Notes: a model not told the origin generated them from the letters alone. DNA of 64,000 bases from an uncultured Gammaproteobacteria bacterium (GCA_963748215.1 CAVVHS010000005.1:40922-104921), one strand, 5' to 3'. Positions 17,975-27,302 are shown, numbered from the stretch's first letter. Translations and numbers: made by a program.

Positions 17975-19054
17975 CTACTGATCCAGTGCAGGGTAATCGG
18001 TGTAGCCATGCTCGTCGCCGCCATAGAAGGTATCGGGGTCGGGTGTGTTGAGCGCGGCGCCCTGCCGGAAGCGCTCAACCAGGTCCGGGTTGGCGATGTA
18101 GAGGGTACCGAAAGACACCATGTCCGCCGCGCCGGACTGAATGGCCTGCTGTGCGCGTGCCAGATCGTAGCCGGCGTTCGCCAGGTAACAGCCGCTGAAC
18201 GCTGCGCGGATCCGGCCATAGTCCAGGGTTCGCACAAACGACGGCATGTCGCCCTCGACGACGTGCAGATAGGCCAGTCCGAAGCCGTCCAGCATGGCAG
18301 CAACCTGTTCGAAGGTGGCCTGCGGGTCGCTGTCGTGCATATCGTTGAAGCTGTTTTCCGGGGAGATGCGCACCCCGACCCGTCCTGCACCCGTGACCCC
18401 GCACACCGCCGCGGTCACCTCGCGCAGCAGGCGCATGCGGTTTTCCAGGCTGCCGCCATAGAGATCGGTACGCCGGTTGCTGCCATCGCGCAGGAACTGG
18501 TCGAGGAGATAGCCGTTGGCGGCATGGATCTCGACACCATCGAATCCTGCCTGCAGCGCATGATGGGCGGCCTGCGCGTACTGCTCAACGAGCGCCGGGA
18601 GTTCCTGCGTCTCCAGCGCCCGCGGCGTAACGAACGGCTGCATGCCCGTATAGGTGACTGCGTCTCCTGCCGGGCGGATGGCCGATGGCGCCACCGGCAA
18701 TACCCCGCCGGGTTGCAGTGACGGATGGGAAATACGCCCGACATGCCAGAGTTGCAGGACGATACGGCCGCCCCGGTCATGCACGGCCAGAACCACATCC
18801 TGCCAGCCAGCCAGCTGTTGTGCGCTGTGGATGCCAGGTGTCGAGGGGTAGCCCAGGCCCTGCGGCGATATCTGGGTGGCCTCGGCGATGATCAGGCCGG
18901 CCGAGGCGCGTTGCCGGTAATACTCCACGTTCATGGCCTGCGGCACGTTGCCCTCACCTGCCCGGTTACGGGTCAGGGGCGCCATCACGACGCGGTTCGG
19001 CAACTCCAGCTGGCCGGCGGTGAGCGGTGTAAAAAGATCCCTGTCTGCAGTCAT
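17975..19054 (-). CDS. Old Yellow Enzyme family NADH:flavin oxidoreductase (alkene reductase)
   Basis: Start trimmed to MTADRDLFTPL. LPNRVVMAPLTRNRA and HAANGYLLDQFL motifs. Confidence 0.88.
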   Translation of the reverse strand: MTADRDLFTPLTAGQLELPNRVVMAPLTRNRAGEGNVPQAMNVEYYRQRASAGLIIAEATQISPQGLGYPSTPGIHSAQQLAGWQDVVLAVHDRGGRIVLQLWHVGRISHPSLQPGGVLPVAPSAIRPAGDAVTYTGMQPFVTPRALETQELPALVEQYAQAAHHALQAGFDGVEIHAANGYLLDQFLRDGSNRRTDLYGGSLENRMRLLREVTAAVCGVTGAGRVGVRISPENSFNDMHDSDPQATFEQVAAMLDGFGLAYLHVVEGDMPSFVRTLDYGRIRAAFSGCYLANAGYDLARAQQAIQSGAADMVSFGTLYIANPDLVERFRQGAALNTPDPDTFYGGDEHGYTDYPALDQ

Positions 19055-19192
19055 TGCTGTCTCGCTGGCCCGGGGTACCCCGGGCTGCAAATTATCCATA
19101 TATGAAATTCAAAACAAGTGACGGCCGAATGGCCATCAGCGGCAACCATCCCGGGAAACACCTTTTCGCGGGGCATTATCTGCCCCGGTGAT

Positions 19193-19804
19193 TCAGACAA
19201 AGAGTGTGATATCCGCCCCTTTTGCGCTATCCAGATAGGTTGCCGCACCGGCCCATTCGGAGATTTCCGGGATGAAATCCTCCTGCTTCCAGCCAAACAG
19301 GTCGACCGTCATCTGGCAGGCAACCAGTTTGACCTCCGCCTCTATGCACAAATCACGCAGCTCCGGGATGGTCGCGATCCCATGGTTTTTAACCGTCATT
19401 TTCATGAACGATGTCGCCATGTTCTCGAATCCGGGCACACCGGCCATGAGCAGGTTGGGCATGTTCCACTCGACACCCTGAAACCATTTCGGTCCGAACG
19501 GCATTTTCATTGGCATGGCCGGATTGCCCAGGGGACTGATGTGCAGATTCAGATCCTTTTTCAACAGGGCCAGGCCGTAGAAGGTAAAAAACAGCGTGGC
19601 ATCCCAGCCCATCGCGGCAGCAGTCGAGCCGACGATAAGGGGCGGATAGGCCCAGTCCAGCGTGCCTTTTGTCACCATGATGGAGAGTTTTGGCGTCCGG
19701 CTCTCATCCTGCTCCCGCATCTTTTCCTCGAAGCGGCGATCAAACCACGCCTTCAAATCATCCGCCGACATCGCTGCAAGCGATTTACCTGAAATATCAT
19801 TCAT
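19193..19804 (-). CDS. DsrE/DsrF-like sulfur-relay family protein
   Basis: 203 aa. KLSIMVTKGTLDWAYPPLIVGSTAAAMGWDATLFFTFYGL and VACQMTVDLFG resemble the DsrE_2-type fold. Family-level call only. Confidence 0.6.
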   Translation of the reverse strand: MNDISGKSLAAMSADDLKAWFDRRFEEKMREQDESRTPKLSIMVTKGTLDWAYPPLIVGSTAAAMGWDATLFFTFYGLALLKKDLNLHISPLGNPAMPMKMPFGPKWFQGVEWNMPNLLMAGVPGFENMATSFMKMTVKNHGIATIPELRDLCIEAEVKLVACQMTVDLFGWKQEDFIPEISEWAGAATYLDSAKGADITLFV

Positions 19805-19999
19805 ACCAACCCTGAATACCTCCGTCAGTCCCGCCGGTCAGCCCGTGGCCAGCGAAGAATTGATGATGCATATCATTACCGACCGCTGTCCCTGGCCAGC
19901 CCCCGCCACGGCTTTCAGCCGGTTCGCCCGGCGCCTGCGTCCTGGCCGTCGCGCAGTCGCGGCGGCGGACAAAGCCAGGGACAACCGTAACTGGCGCGA

Positions 20000-20269
20000 T
20001 CAGATCGGCCCGACCAGCCTGGCCTCCAGGTTCAGCGAGGTGAAGCTTTTCAGCACCTGCTGCGAGGAAAACATATCGCGGTCGTATTTCACCAGCAACA
20101 GATGATGACGCAACGGGCAAAATTCGGCTGCGCTGATGACATTCATCTGTTTCAGTTTAGAGACCACACGATCACGCTGTTGCTCCCCCAGGTCATCCTT
20201 TACATACACAACCACTTCAACAACACTTTTGACGTTATCAATCGGCATCTGTTCGGCTATCGCATCCAT
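20000..20269 (-). CDS. Small conserved hypothetical protein, paralog A (beta-alpha-beta-beta-alpha-beta pattern, AEFCPLR motif)
   Basis: Start trimmed to MDAIAEQMPIDNVKSVVEVVVYV by alignment with the paralog at 24019-24285. GAGGAGA RBS. Shares AEFCPLR(H/Y)HL(L/M)LV(K/Q)YDR...SQ(Q/E)VL...L(V/I)GP(I/V). Confidence 0.65.
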   Translation of the reverse strand: MDAIAEQMPIDNVKSVVEVVVYVKDDLGEQQRDRVVSKLKQMNVISAAEFCPLRHHLLLVKYDRDMFSSQQVLKSFTSLNLEARLVGPI

Positions 20270-20510
20270 AAGTAGCTGTCTCCTCACTCGATCAATTACT
20301 GTTCTTTCACCCTGTCGTCGGTAACCCGCCACTCGCCCGGGTTACCTGACTGACAGCGCGATACTACTCGCCGGATTACAAATTACAAAATGTTAATACA
20401 CTGTTAGTCCGCTACTCGTATCAGAACGGTGCGTGTCTCACCGGCTTGCAGTAAAAAGACCGCGATGCATGCGACCCTGCTGTCCGGCCGTGACAGACGG
20501 CGTGCAGCCG

Positions 20511-21884
20511 TCAATCGAGTTCGACCATCGCATCCAGCACCTGCGACAGTCTGCCCACCGCAGTCACCTCGATGTCAGCGGGTGGCTTGCGCGGCCGGTT
20601 CGCCGCCGGAATGATGGCGCGCGTGAAGCCGTGCTTGACCGCCTCGTGCAGGCGTTCCTGGCCATTCGGCACCGGGCGCAGCTCGCCGGACAGGCCCACT
20701 TCGCCGAACACGATCAGCTGTTCCGGCAACGGCCGGTTGCGGAAACTGGACATCACGGCCAGCAGCACGGCCAGGTCTGCGGCGGTTTCCGTGACGCGCA
20801 CACCGCCGACCACGTTGACGAACACGTCCTGGTCGCCCAGCGCCAGGCCGCCGTGGCGGTGCAGCACCGCCAGCAGCATGGACAGCCGGTTCTGTTCCAG
20901 GCCCAGCGTCACCCGCCGTGGATTGCCCAGCTGGCTCTGGTCGACCAGCGCCTGCACCTCCACCAGCAGCGGGCGCGTGCCCTCCCAGGTCACCATCACC
21001 ACGCTGCCCGGCACGGGCTGTTCGTGGCGCGACAGGAAGATGGCCGAGGGATTGCTCACCTCCTTCAGTCCCTTCTCCGTCATGGCGAACACGCCCAGTT
21101 CGTTGACGGCGCCGAAGCGGTTCTTGATGGCGCGCAGGATGCGGTAACGATCACCCGGGTCACCCTCGAAGTACAGCACGGTGTCGACCATGTGCTCGAG
21201 CACGCGCGGACCGGCCAGTGTGCCTTCCTTGGTGACGTGCCCGACCAGGAACATGGCGATGCCGCTCTGCTTGGCGAAGCGCACCAGCTGGGCGGCACTC
21301 TCGCGCACCTGCGCGACCGAGCCGGGCGCGGACTGCAGGGCCTCGGTATACAGCGTCTGGATGGAATCCAGCACCATCACCTGCGGTCGCTCGCGTGCAG
21401 CAGTCGCGATGATGCGCTCCACCGAAGTTTCCGAGTAGAGGCGGATTGCTTGACCGTCGATGCCCAGCCGCCCGGCGCGCAGGGAAATCTGCTGCAGCGA
21501 TTCCTCGCCGGTGACGTACAGCGACGACAGGTCGCCGGACAGCGCCGCCAGCACCTGCAGCAGCAGGGTCGACTTGCCGATGCCCGGGTCACCGCCCAGC
21601 AGCACCACCGAACCGGCCACCAGGCCGCCGCCAAGCACGCGATCGAGTTCCGCGAGACCGACCGAGCTGCGCAGATGGGCATCGGGCGTGACGGACGCCA
21701 GCGGCGTCACCACGCCACCGCTGCCGCCGCTGTAGCCGGCATGGCGTGACGGCGCCGCCGTGGAAGGTGCCATGACACCTTCCAGCAGCGTGTTCCAGTT
21801 ACCGCATTCGCCGCACTGGCCTGCCCATTGCGGATACTGGCTGCCGCAGACGCTGCAGGTATAGATTGTTTTCACCTTGGCCAT
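20511..21884 (-). CDS. radA: DNA repair protein RadA
   Basis: Start trimmed to MAKVKTIYTCSVCGSQYPQWAGQCGECGNW (zinc finger). GDPGIGKSTLLLQ, KNRFG and a Lon-like C-terminus. Confidence 0.95.
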   Translation of the reverse strand: MAKVKTIYTCSVCGSQYPQWAGQCGECGNWNTLLEGVMAPSTAAPSRHAGYSGGSGGVVTPLASVTPDAHLRSSVGLAELDRVLGGGLVAGSVVLLGGDPGIGKSTLLLQVLAALSGDLSSLYVTGEESLQQISLRAGRLGIDGQAIRLYSETSVERIIATAARERPQVMVLDSIQTLYTEALQSAPGSVAQVRESAAQLVRFAKQSGIAMFLVGHVTKEGTLAGPRVLEHMVDTVLYFEGDPGDRYRILRAIKNRFGAVNELGVFAMTEKGLKEVSNPSAIFLSRHEQPVPGSVVMVTWEGTRPLLVEVQALVDQSQLGNPRRVTLGLEQNRLSMLLAVLHRHGGLALGDQDVFVNVVGGVRVTETAADLAVLLAVMSSFRNRPLPEQLIVFGEVGLSGELRPVPNGQERLHEAVKHGFTRAIIPAANRPRKPPADIEVTAVGRLSQVLDAMVELD

Positions 21885-22109
21885 CGTCGGCAGTAGAGTA
21901 CCCGGAACGCCGTACGACGTCATCTCCGTCCGCCGCATGCTTCGGAGTGGACTTTACCGGCGCGCGCGGGTTATAAGCGCTTGAACCCGCCATGCATCTG
22001 CCGGCCTGCACAGCACCGGTTTCATGCCCTGCGACTTCAACCCGATGTGAGGAAACGCTTCATGCACTGCCATTCGACTGACCGTCCCCTGGACGACCTC
22101 CGTACCTGC

Positions 22110-23789
22110 ATGCGCCGCGCCTGCCGCCGACTGGTCCTGATGCTGGCACTCGGCCTGCCGCTCCTGGCGCCGCCGGGTACGGCGACCGCGGCAGACGAGC
22201 CGGCACCGGCCGTCGACACCCAGGTCAGTGAAACCATCAATACCCTGAACTCGCTGCTCGACCTGGAGCGCCAGCTGCGGGATGACATCGAAAAACTGAA
22301 TACTCGCCTGGAGGCGACCCAGGGAACTGCGGAAAAGAAAGAGATCCAGGCACAGCTCGACAAGCTGGACAAGGACCTGCAGACCACGACGAAGAACCTC
22401 AAGGAGATCGCCTCCGGTGCAGACATCACCAGCCTGCGCGCCACCGAGGAGACCAAGTTCGACTTCCAGGCCGAATTGTTTTCGCTGCTGCGTCCGGCGA
22501 TGAAGGAAATGAAGGAGATGACCGTCCATGTCCGGCAGAAATCCGATCTCAAGGACAAGATCGCCTACTACAGCGCCAAGCTGCCGGTCACGGAACGCGC
22601 GGTCGCCAACATCACCCGCCTGCTGCAGGCCACCGACGACGCGGCGCTGGAGAAGAACCTGCAGGGCATGCTGGCGGACTGGAACAAGCAGCTGACCTTC
22701 ATGCAGAGCGAATTGCAGTCGGCCGAGCTGCAGCTGGAAAAGCTGGAGCGTTCGGAGGCGACGCTGGCCGAGGCCTCGCAAAGTTACCTGAAGACATTTT
22801 TCCAGGCACGCGGCCTGTACCTGATCGAGGCACTGCTGGTCATCGTCGGCGTCCTGCTGGTGTCGCGGCTGTCCTACGCTGCCATGGTGCGGCTGATTCC
22901 CGGCTACCGGGCCGAGCATCGCAGCTTCCGCCTGCGGCTGCTGGATCTGCTGCATCGCCTGGCCACCACGGTGCTGGTCATCATCGGCCCGATGGTGGTG
23001 TTCTACCTGGTCGAGGACTGGGTGCTGTTCAGTCTCGGTATCCTGCTGCTCATCGGGCTCGGCCTGACCCTGCGCCATGCCCTGCCGCGCTACTGGCAGC
23101 AGATACAACTGTTTCTCAACATTGGTTCGGTACGCGAGGGGGAGCGCATCGATCTCGACGGCCTGCCCTGGCGGGTCCGGCAGATCAACATCTTCAGCAT
23201 CCTGGAAAACCCGACTGCCGGGATCAGCCAGCGCGTGCGCATCGACAGCCTGGTGGACCTGAAATCGCGGCCGCACCACAAGAATGACCCGTGGTTTCCG
23301 TGTGAGCGCGGTGACTGGGTGCTGCTGAGCGACGAGATGCGCGGCAAGGTCGTGGGCATAACCCAGGAACTGGTCGAGCTGGTGGCGCGTGGTGGCGCGC
23401 ACCGCACCTACCAGACTGGCGATTTCCTGTCGCTGTCACCACTCAACCTGTCGCGCAATTTCCGCCTCAAGGAAACGATCGGCATCAGCTACAAACTGCA
23501 AAAGGACAGCGTGACCACCATACCGGCACTGCTCAGGGCCTTCGTGGCACAACGCATAGAGGAATCGGAATACGCCGGTCAGCTGCTCAATCTGCGTGTC
23601 GAGTTCCAGCAGGCCAACACCTCGTCGCTGGACCTGGTGGTGATCGCCGATTTCGACGGTGCGCTGGCCGATCTGTACAACCGCCTGCGCCGCACGCTAC
23701 AGGGCTGGTGTGTCGAGGCCTGCACGACCCACAACTGGGAGATACCGTTCACCCAGCTGACACTGCACCAGGCCGAGGCCGGCGACTGA
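22110..23789 (+). CDS. Mechanosensitive ion channel (MscS) family protein with an N-terminal periplasmic coiled-coil
   Basis: Signal peptide MRRACRRLVLMLALGLPLLAPPGTATA. Long coiled-coil, TM helices, and an MscS-like beta-domain GDWVLLSDEMRGKVVGITQELVELV. Start uncertain (21981, 22062 or 22110). Confidence 0.6.
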   Translation: MRRACRRLVLMLALGLPLLAPPGTATAADEPAPAVDTQVSETINTLNSLLDLERQLRDDIEKLNTRLEATQGTAEKKEIQAQLDKLDKDLQTTTKNLKEIASGADITSLRATEETKFDFQAELFSLLRPAMKEMKEMTVHVRQKSDLKDKIAYYSAKLPVTERAVANITRLLQATDDAALEKNLQGMLADWNKQLTFMQSELQSAELQLEKLERSEATLAEASQSYLKTFFQARGLYLIEALLVIVGVLLVSRLSYAAMVRLIPGYRAEHRSFRLRLLDLLHRLATTVLVIIGPMVVFYLVEDWVLFSLGILLLIGLGLTLRHALPRYWQQIQLFLNIGSVREGERIDLDGLPWRVRQINIFSILENPTAGISQRVRIDSLVDLKSRPHHKNDPWFPCERGDWVLLSDEMRGKVVGITQELVELVARGGAHRTYQTGDFLSLSPLNLSRNFRLKETIGISYKLQKDSVTTIPALLRAFVAQRIEESEYAGQLLNLRVEFQQANTSSLDLVVIADFDGALADLYNRLRRTLQGWCVEACTTHNWEIPFTQLTLHQAEAGD

Positions 23790-23805
23790 GAGTTTTATCG
23801 CCGAT

Positions 23806-23957
23806 AAGATCGCGCTTGCGAAGCGCTCCTACCCCAATAGATGCACCTGTAGGAGCGGACCGCGTCCGCGATCTTTTTCGCACCGGGAAAAGATCGCGCT
23901 TGCGAAGCACTCCTACCCCAATAGACGCAGCTGTCGGAGCGGACCGCGTCCGCGAGC
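23806..23957. repeat. Two tandem REP-like units (~70 nt each, internally palindromic)
   Basis: Unit aagatcgcgcttgcgaagcRctcctaccccaatagaYgcaSctgtMggagcggaccgcgtccgcga occurs at 23806-23873 and 23889-23957. Related copies at 41075-41198 and 53754-53880. Confidence 0.8.
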
Positions 23958-24018
23958 TATACCGGGTGTGAAAAACACCGGGGGATCCCTCCCCCGGCAA
24001 TCCACGCCTGACTGCCGG

Positions 24019-24285
24019 TCAAACCGGACCAATCAGTACGGCATGCACATTCTTCGATTTCACCCGGCCCAGCACTTCCTGCGAGTTCATGCACTCGCGG
24101 TCGTACTGCACCAGCATCAGGTGGTAACGCAGCGGGCAGAACTCTGCCGATTCGATCCCATCGGATGATTCCAGAAAACTCACCAGCTCCTGCCGCTGCC
24201 ACTGATCGAGTGATTCATCCACGTGCACGATTATCTCGACATTACTGCCCGGCATGGGAAAAATGCTTGTTGCTGCTTCAGACAT
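24019..24285 (-). CDS. Small conserved hypothetical protein, paralog B
   Basis: 88 aa. MSEAATSIFPMPGSNVEIIVHV...AEFCPLRYHLMLVQYDRECMNSQEVL...AVLIGPV. A G-rich SD (AAGAGGGGGG) precedes the ATG. Confidence 0.65.
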   Translation of the reverse strand: MSEAATSIFPMPGSNVEIIVHVDESLDQWQRQELVSFLESSDGIESAEFCPLRYHLMLVQYDRECMNSQEVLGRVKSKNVHAVLIGPV

Positions 24286-24447
24286 AGTTCACCCCCCTCT
24301 TGTTGCGTTCGTCCATTCACCCTTTCTTGTAGATTGTCTGCCAGGTAAGAACAGGACACAGCCGGTACGGCTGTTATCCATCAGGTCGCCGGTACCGCTG
24401 GCGCGTGATAAGCGGGCTGCGAAACGGTACTGGCACGTTCTGAAAGA

Positions 24448-24476
24448 ATTGCATGACTCCCTCCGGTCACTGTCAA
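24448..24476 (-). promoter_or_regulatory. Candidate sigma-70 promoter for paralog B
   Basis: On the minus strand, TTGACA-N17-TGCAAT. It would give a ~155-nt leader. Confidence 0.35.
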
Positions 24477-24705
24477 ACCAAGCACGTCAAAATGTCGTCA
24501 CAACACGTACGTTATGCACGCTGCAATGACCCGAGAAAATGCAATGCTCACGCATTAACACTTACCGTAGACGCTGCGGGTGCACTGTCAAGGTAGAAAA
24601 AGGTACTAGCTCGCTCGAGCGAATCCATCCCTGGACGCGTCGTGATGATGACAGGGCAAGGTTTTCCCTGCCTGTGGGGATCGCTCAGGCCACTGCTGCG
24701 ACCTG

Positions 24706-25779
24706 TCAGCGGTAGTGATATCGCACGCGGCTGCTGACGCCGCTGAGCATTTCGTAGGCAATGGTACCGGCTGCGCGGGCGATGTCGTCGACCGGCAGGC
24801 CGTCGCCCCACACAATGACTTCATCACCGATACTCGCCCGGGGGCAGTTGCGCAGATCGATGCAGATCATATCCATGGAAACGCGACCAGCCAGCGCCGC
24901 GCGCTGCCCGTTCACCAGCACCGGAGTCCCCGGTGGCGTGTGGCGCGGATAACCGTCGCCGTAACCGATCGCCGCCACACCGATCTGCATGTCCTCCGGG
25001 CAGGACCAGTCGCCGCCGTAACCCACCGCATCGCCCTTGCGCCGCTCGGCAACCGCGATCAATGCACTGGACAGGGACATGGCCGGCCTGAGGTCGAGCT
25101 GTGCAGCGGATTTTTCCGCGATCGGCGAGGATCCGTACAGCATGATGCCGGGGCGCACCCAGTCGGCATGCGCGGCCGGCCAGGCCAGCACGGCTGCCGA
25201 ATTGGCCAGCGTTCGCTCGCCGTCCCGCGTGCCCAGTGTCGCCTGGAAGGTTGCGATCTGGCGTGCCGTGTAGTCCGCGTCCGTTTCGTCGGCACGAGCG
25301 AAGTGGGTCATGTAACGCACCGTACCGATGTGCCGCAATACCCGCAGGCGCGCCAGCGCCGCGTCGACCCCCGCCGGCGCGAAACCCAGCCGGTGCATGC
25401 CGGTGTCGATCTTGAGCCAGACATCGACGGACCGGGTAAGCCGCCCCTGCTCGAGCAGGTCCAGCTGAAAATCGTTGTGTATGACCAGGTCCAGCCGGTA
25501 ACCGCATACCAGCGCGATGTCAGCGGCCGTGAACAGTCCCTCCAGCAGCACGATGCGCTGCTCGCAGCCGGCCTCGCGCAGGCTGACGGCCTCGTCCAGC
25601 CCGACGACGCCGAAGGCATCGGCCGCATTGAGTGCCTGCGCGACCTGCACCAGACCGTGACCGTACGCGTTGGCCTTGATGACGGCGATGATGCGGCTGC
25701 CGGGTGCCATCTGGCGTACCCGGTTGAGATTATGCTGCAGCGCACCGAGCTCGATGTGCGCGCACGCGGGACGCGCCAT
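24706..25779 (-). CDS. alr: Alanine racemase
   Basis: 357 aa. PLP-lysine motif AVIKANAYGHG. Located directly downstream of dnaB, as in E. coli. Confidence 0.93.
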   Translation of the reverse strand: MARPACAHIELGALQHNLNRVRQMAPGSRIIAVIKANAYGHGLVQVAQALNAADAFGVVGLDEAVSLREAGCEQRIVLLEGLFTAADIALVCGYRLDLVIHNDFQLDLLEQGRLTRSVDVWLKIDTGMHRLGFAPAGVDAALARLRVLRHIGTVRYMTHFARADETDADYTARQIATFQATLGTRDGERTLANSAAVLAWPAAHADWVRPGIMLYGSSPIAEKSAAQLDLRPAMSLSSALIAVAERRKGDAVGYGGDWSCPEDMQIGVAAIGYGDGYPRHTPPGTPVLVNGQRAALAGRVSMDMICIDLRNCPRASIGDEVIVWGDGLPVDDIARAAGTIAYEMLSGVSSRVRYHYR

Positions 25780-25781
25780 GC

Positions 25782-27176
25782 CTATTCGTTACCCGAGTAA
25801 TAGGCGTCGCGCGCGTGGTTCTCGAAGCGCGTGTACTGGCCGCGGAAGGTCAGCATGCACTTGCCGATCGGGCCGTTACGCTGTTTGCCGATGATGATCT
25901 CGGCCAGCCCCTTGTGCGGACTGTCCTCGTGGTAGACCTCGTCGCGGTAGATGAACATGATGACGTCGGCATCCTGCTCGATGGCGCCGGACTCGCGCAG
26001 GTCGGACATTACCGGGCGGCGGTCGGTACGCTGTTCCAGGCTGCGGTTGAGCTGTGACAGCGCGATCACCGGCACACTGAGTTCCTTCGCCAGCGCCTTG
26101 AGATTGCGCGAGATTTCGGAGATCTCGGTGGCGCGGTTTTCGCGATTATTGGTCCCCTGCATGAGCTGCAGGTAATCGATCACGATCAGCCCGAGGTTGT
26201 GCTCGCGCTTGAGCCGGCGCGCGCGGGCGCGCAGTTCGATCGGCGACAGCGCCGGCGTGTCGTCGATGAAGATCGGCGCCGAATCCAGCAGGCTGACCGC
26301 CGAGGTCAGGCGTGGCCAGTCGTCATCGTCAAGATTGCCGGTACGGATCTTGTGCTGATCGATACGTCCGAGCGAAGACATCATGCGCAGCGCGAGGTGC
26401 TCACCGGGCATTTCCATACTGAAGATGCCTACCGGGACCTGGTTCTTGATGGCCGCATTCTCGGCGAAGTTCACCGCCAGCGTGGTCTTGCCCATGGAGG
26501 GACGACCGGCGACGATGATCAGGTCGGAAGGCTGCAGGCCGGCAGTCATGTTATCGAGATCGGTGAATCCGGTGGAGACACCGGTGATGTGGTCTTCCTG
26601 CTGCGACAGCATGTCGATGCGGTCCACGGCGGTCGCCAGCAGGGTGCGGATATTCGTGAAACCACGCTTGCCGCGCTTGCCCTGCTCGGCAATCTCGAAC
26701 ACCAGCTTCTCTGCATTGTCCAGCAGCGCGCCTGAATCACGCCCTTCCGGCACGAAACCGCTGTTGGCGATGCGGTTGCCCACCTCGATGAGCTGCCGCA
26801 TCACGGAATTCTCGCGCACGATATCGGCGTAGGCCTTGATGTTCGCCGCACTCGGTGTGTTTTGCGCGAGCTTGCCAAGTGCCGTCAGTCCGCCGACATC
26901 GTCCAGCAGGCTGTTCTGGTCCAGCCACTCGGACAGGGTGACGGCGTCCAGCGGGTTGTTCTTTTCCGCCAGCTGCGCGATGGCGCGAAAGATCAGGCGA
27001 TGATCACGGCGGTAGAAATCCTCTTCGCTGACACAATCCGCCACGGTATCCCAGGCGGTATTGTCCAGCATCAGGCCGCCGAGCACGGCCTGTTCCGCCT
27101 GCAGGGAATGCGGCGGCACCTTGAGCATGCTGGTGTCAGTATGAATTACGTCTGCGGAACGAAGAGTTTCTGCCAT
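25782..27176 (-). CDS. dnaB: Replicative DNA helicase DnaB
   Basis: 464 aa. PPHSLQAEQAVLGGLM, Walker A GRPSMGKTT, and the RecA-like C-domain. Confidence 0.97.
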   Translation of the reverse strand: MAETLRSADVIHTDTSMLKVPPHSLQAEQAVLGGLMLDNTAWDTVADCVSEEDFYRRDHRLIFRAIAQLAEKNNPLDAVTLSEWLDQNSLLDDVGGLTALGKLAQNTPSAANIKAYADIVRENSVMRQLIEVGNRIANSGFVPEGRDSGALLDNAEKLVFEIAEQGKRGKRGFTNIRTLLATAVDRIDMLSQQEDHITGVSTGFTDLDNMTAGLQPSDLIIVAGRPSMGKTTLAVNFAENAAIKNQVPVGIFSMEMPGEHLALRMMSSLGRIDQHKIRTGNLDDDDWPRLTSAVSLLDSAPIFIDDTPALSPIELRARARRLKREHNLGLIVIDYLQLMQGTNNRENRATEISEISRNLKALAKELSVPVIALSQLNRSLEQRTDRRPVMSDLRESGAIEQDADVIMFIYRDEVYHEDSPHKGLAEIIIGKQRNGPIGKCMLTFRGQYTRFENHARDAYYSGNE

Positions 27177-27302
27177 GTCGCTTTAGTTATGGATGTGAGT
27201 AGCGTTGAAGATGAGGCAGTATAGATATCACAAACACATCATGAAGACACCATTGCGTTGCATCTGCAATTATGCCTCGTGAAGGCCTGCGCGCCGGAAA
27301 CA

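Noticed and set aside
20433-23402. Long ORFs 20433-21749 (+) and 21954-23402 (-)
   Set aside because: Antisense to radA and to the MscS-like gene respectively, with no motifs. High-G+C antisense artefacts.
23806-23957. Possible CRISPR array
   Set aside because: There are only two units, the units themselves are long imperfect palindromes with almost no unique spacer, related single copies are scattered elsewhere, and no cas genes are present.
24429-24452. TGGCAC at 24430 (plus strand) as a second sigma-54 promoter; also TGGCAC at about 54316
   Set aside because: Neither has a TTGC/GC element at the required N5 spacing (TGGCAC-GTTCT-GAAA and TGGCAC-TGGAT-TCTC).
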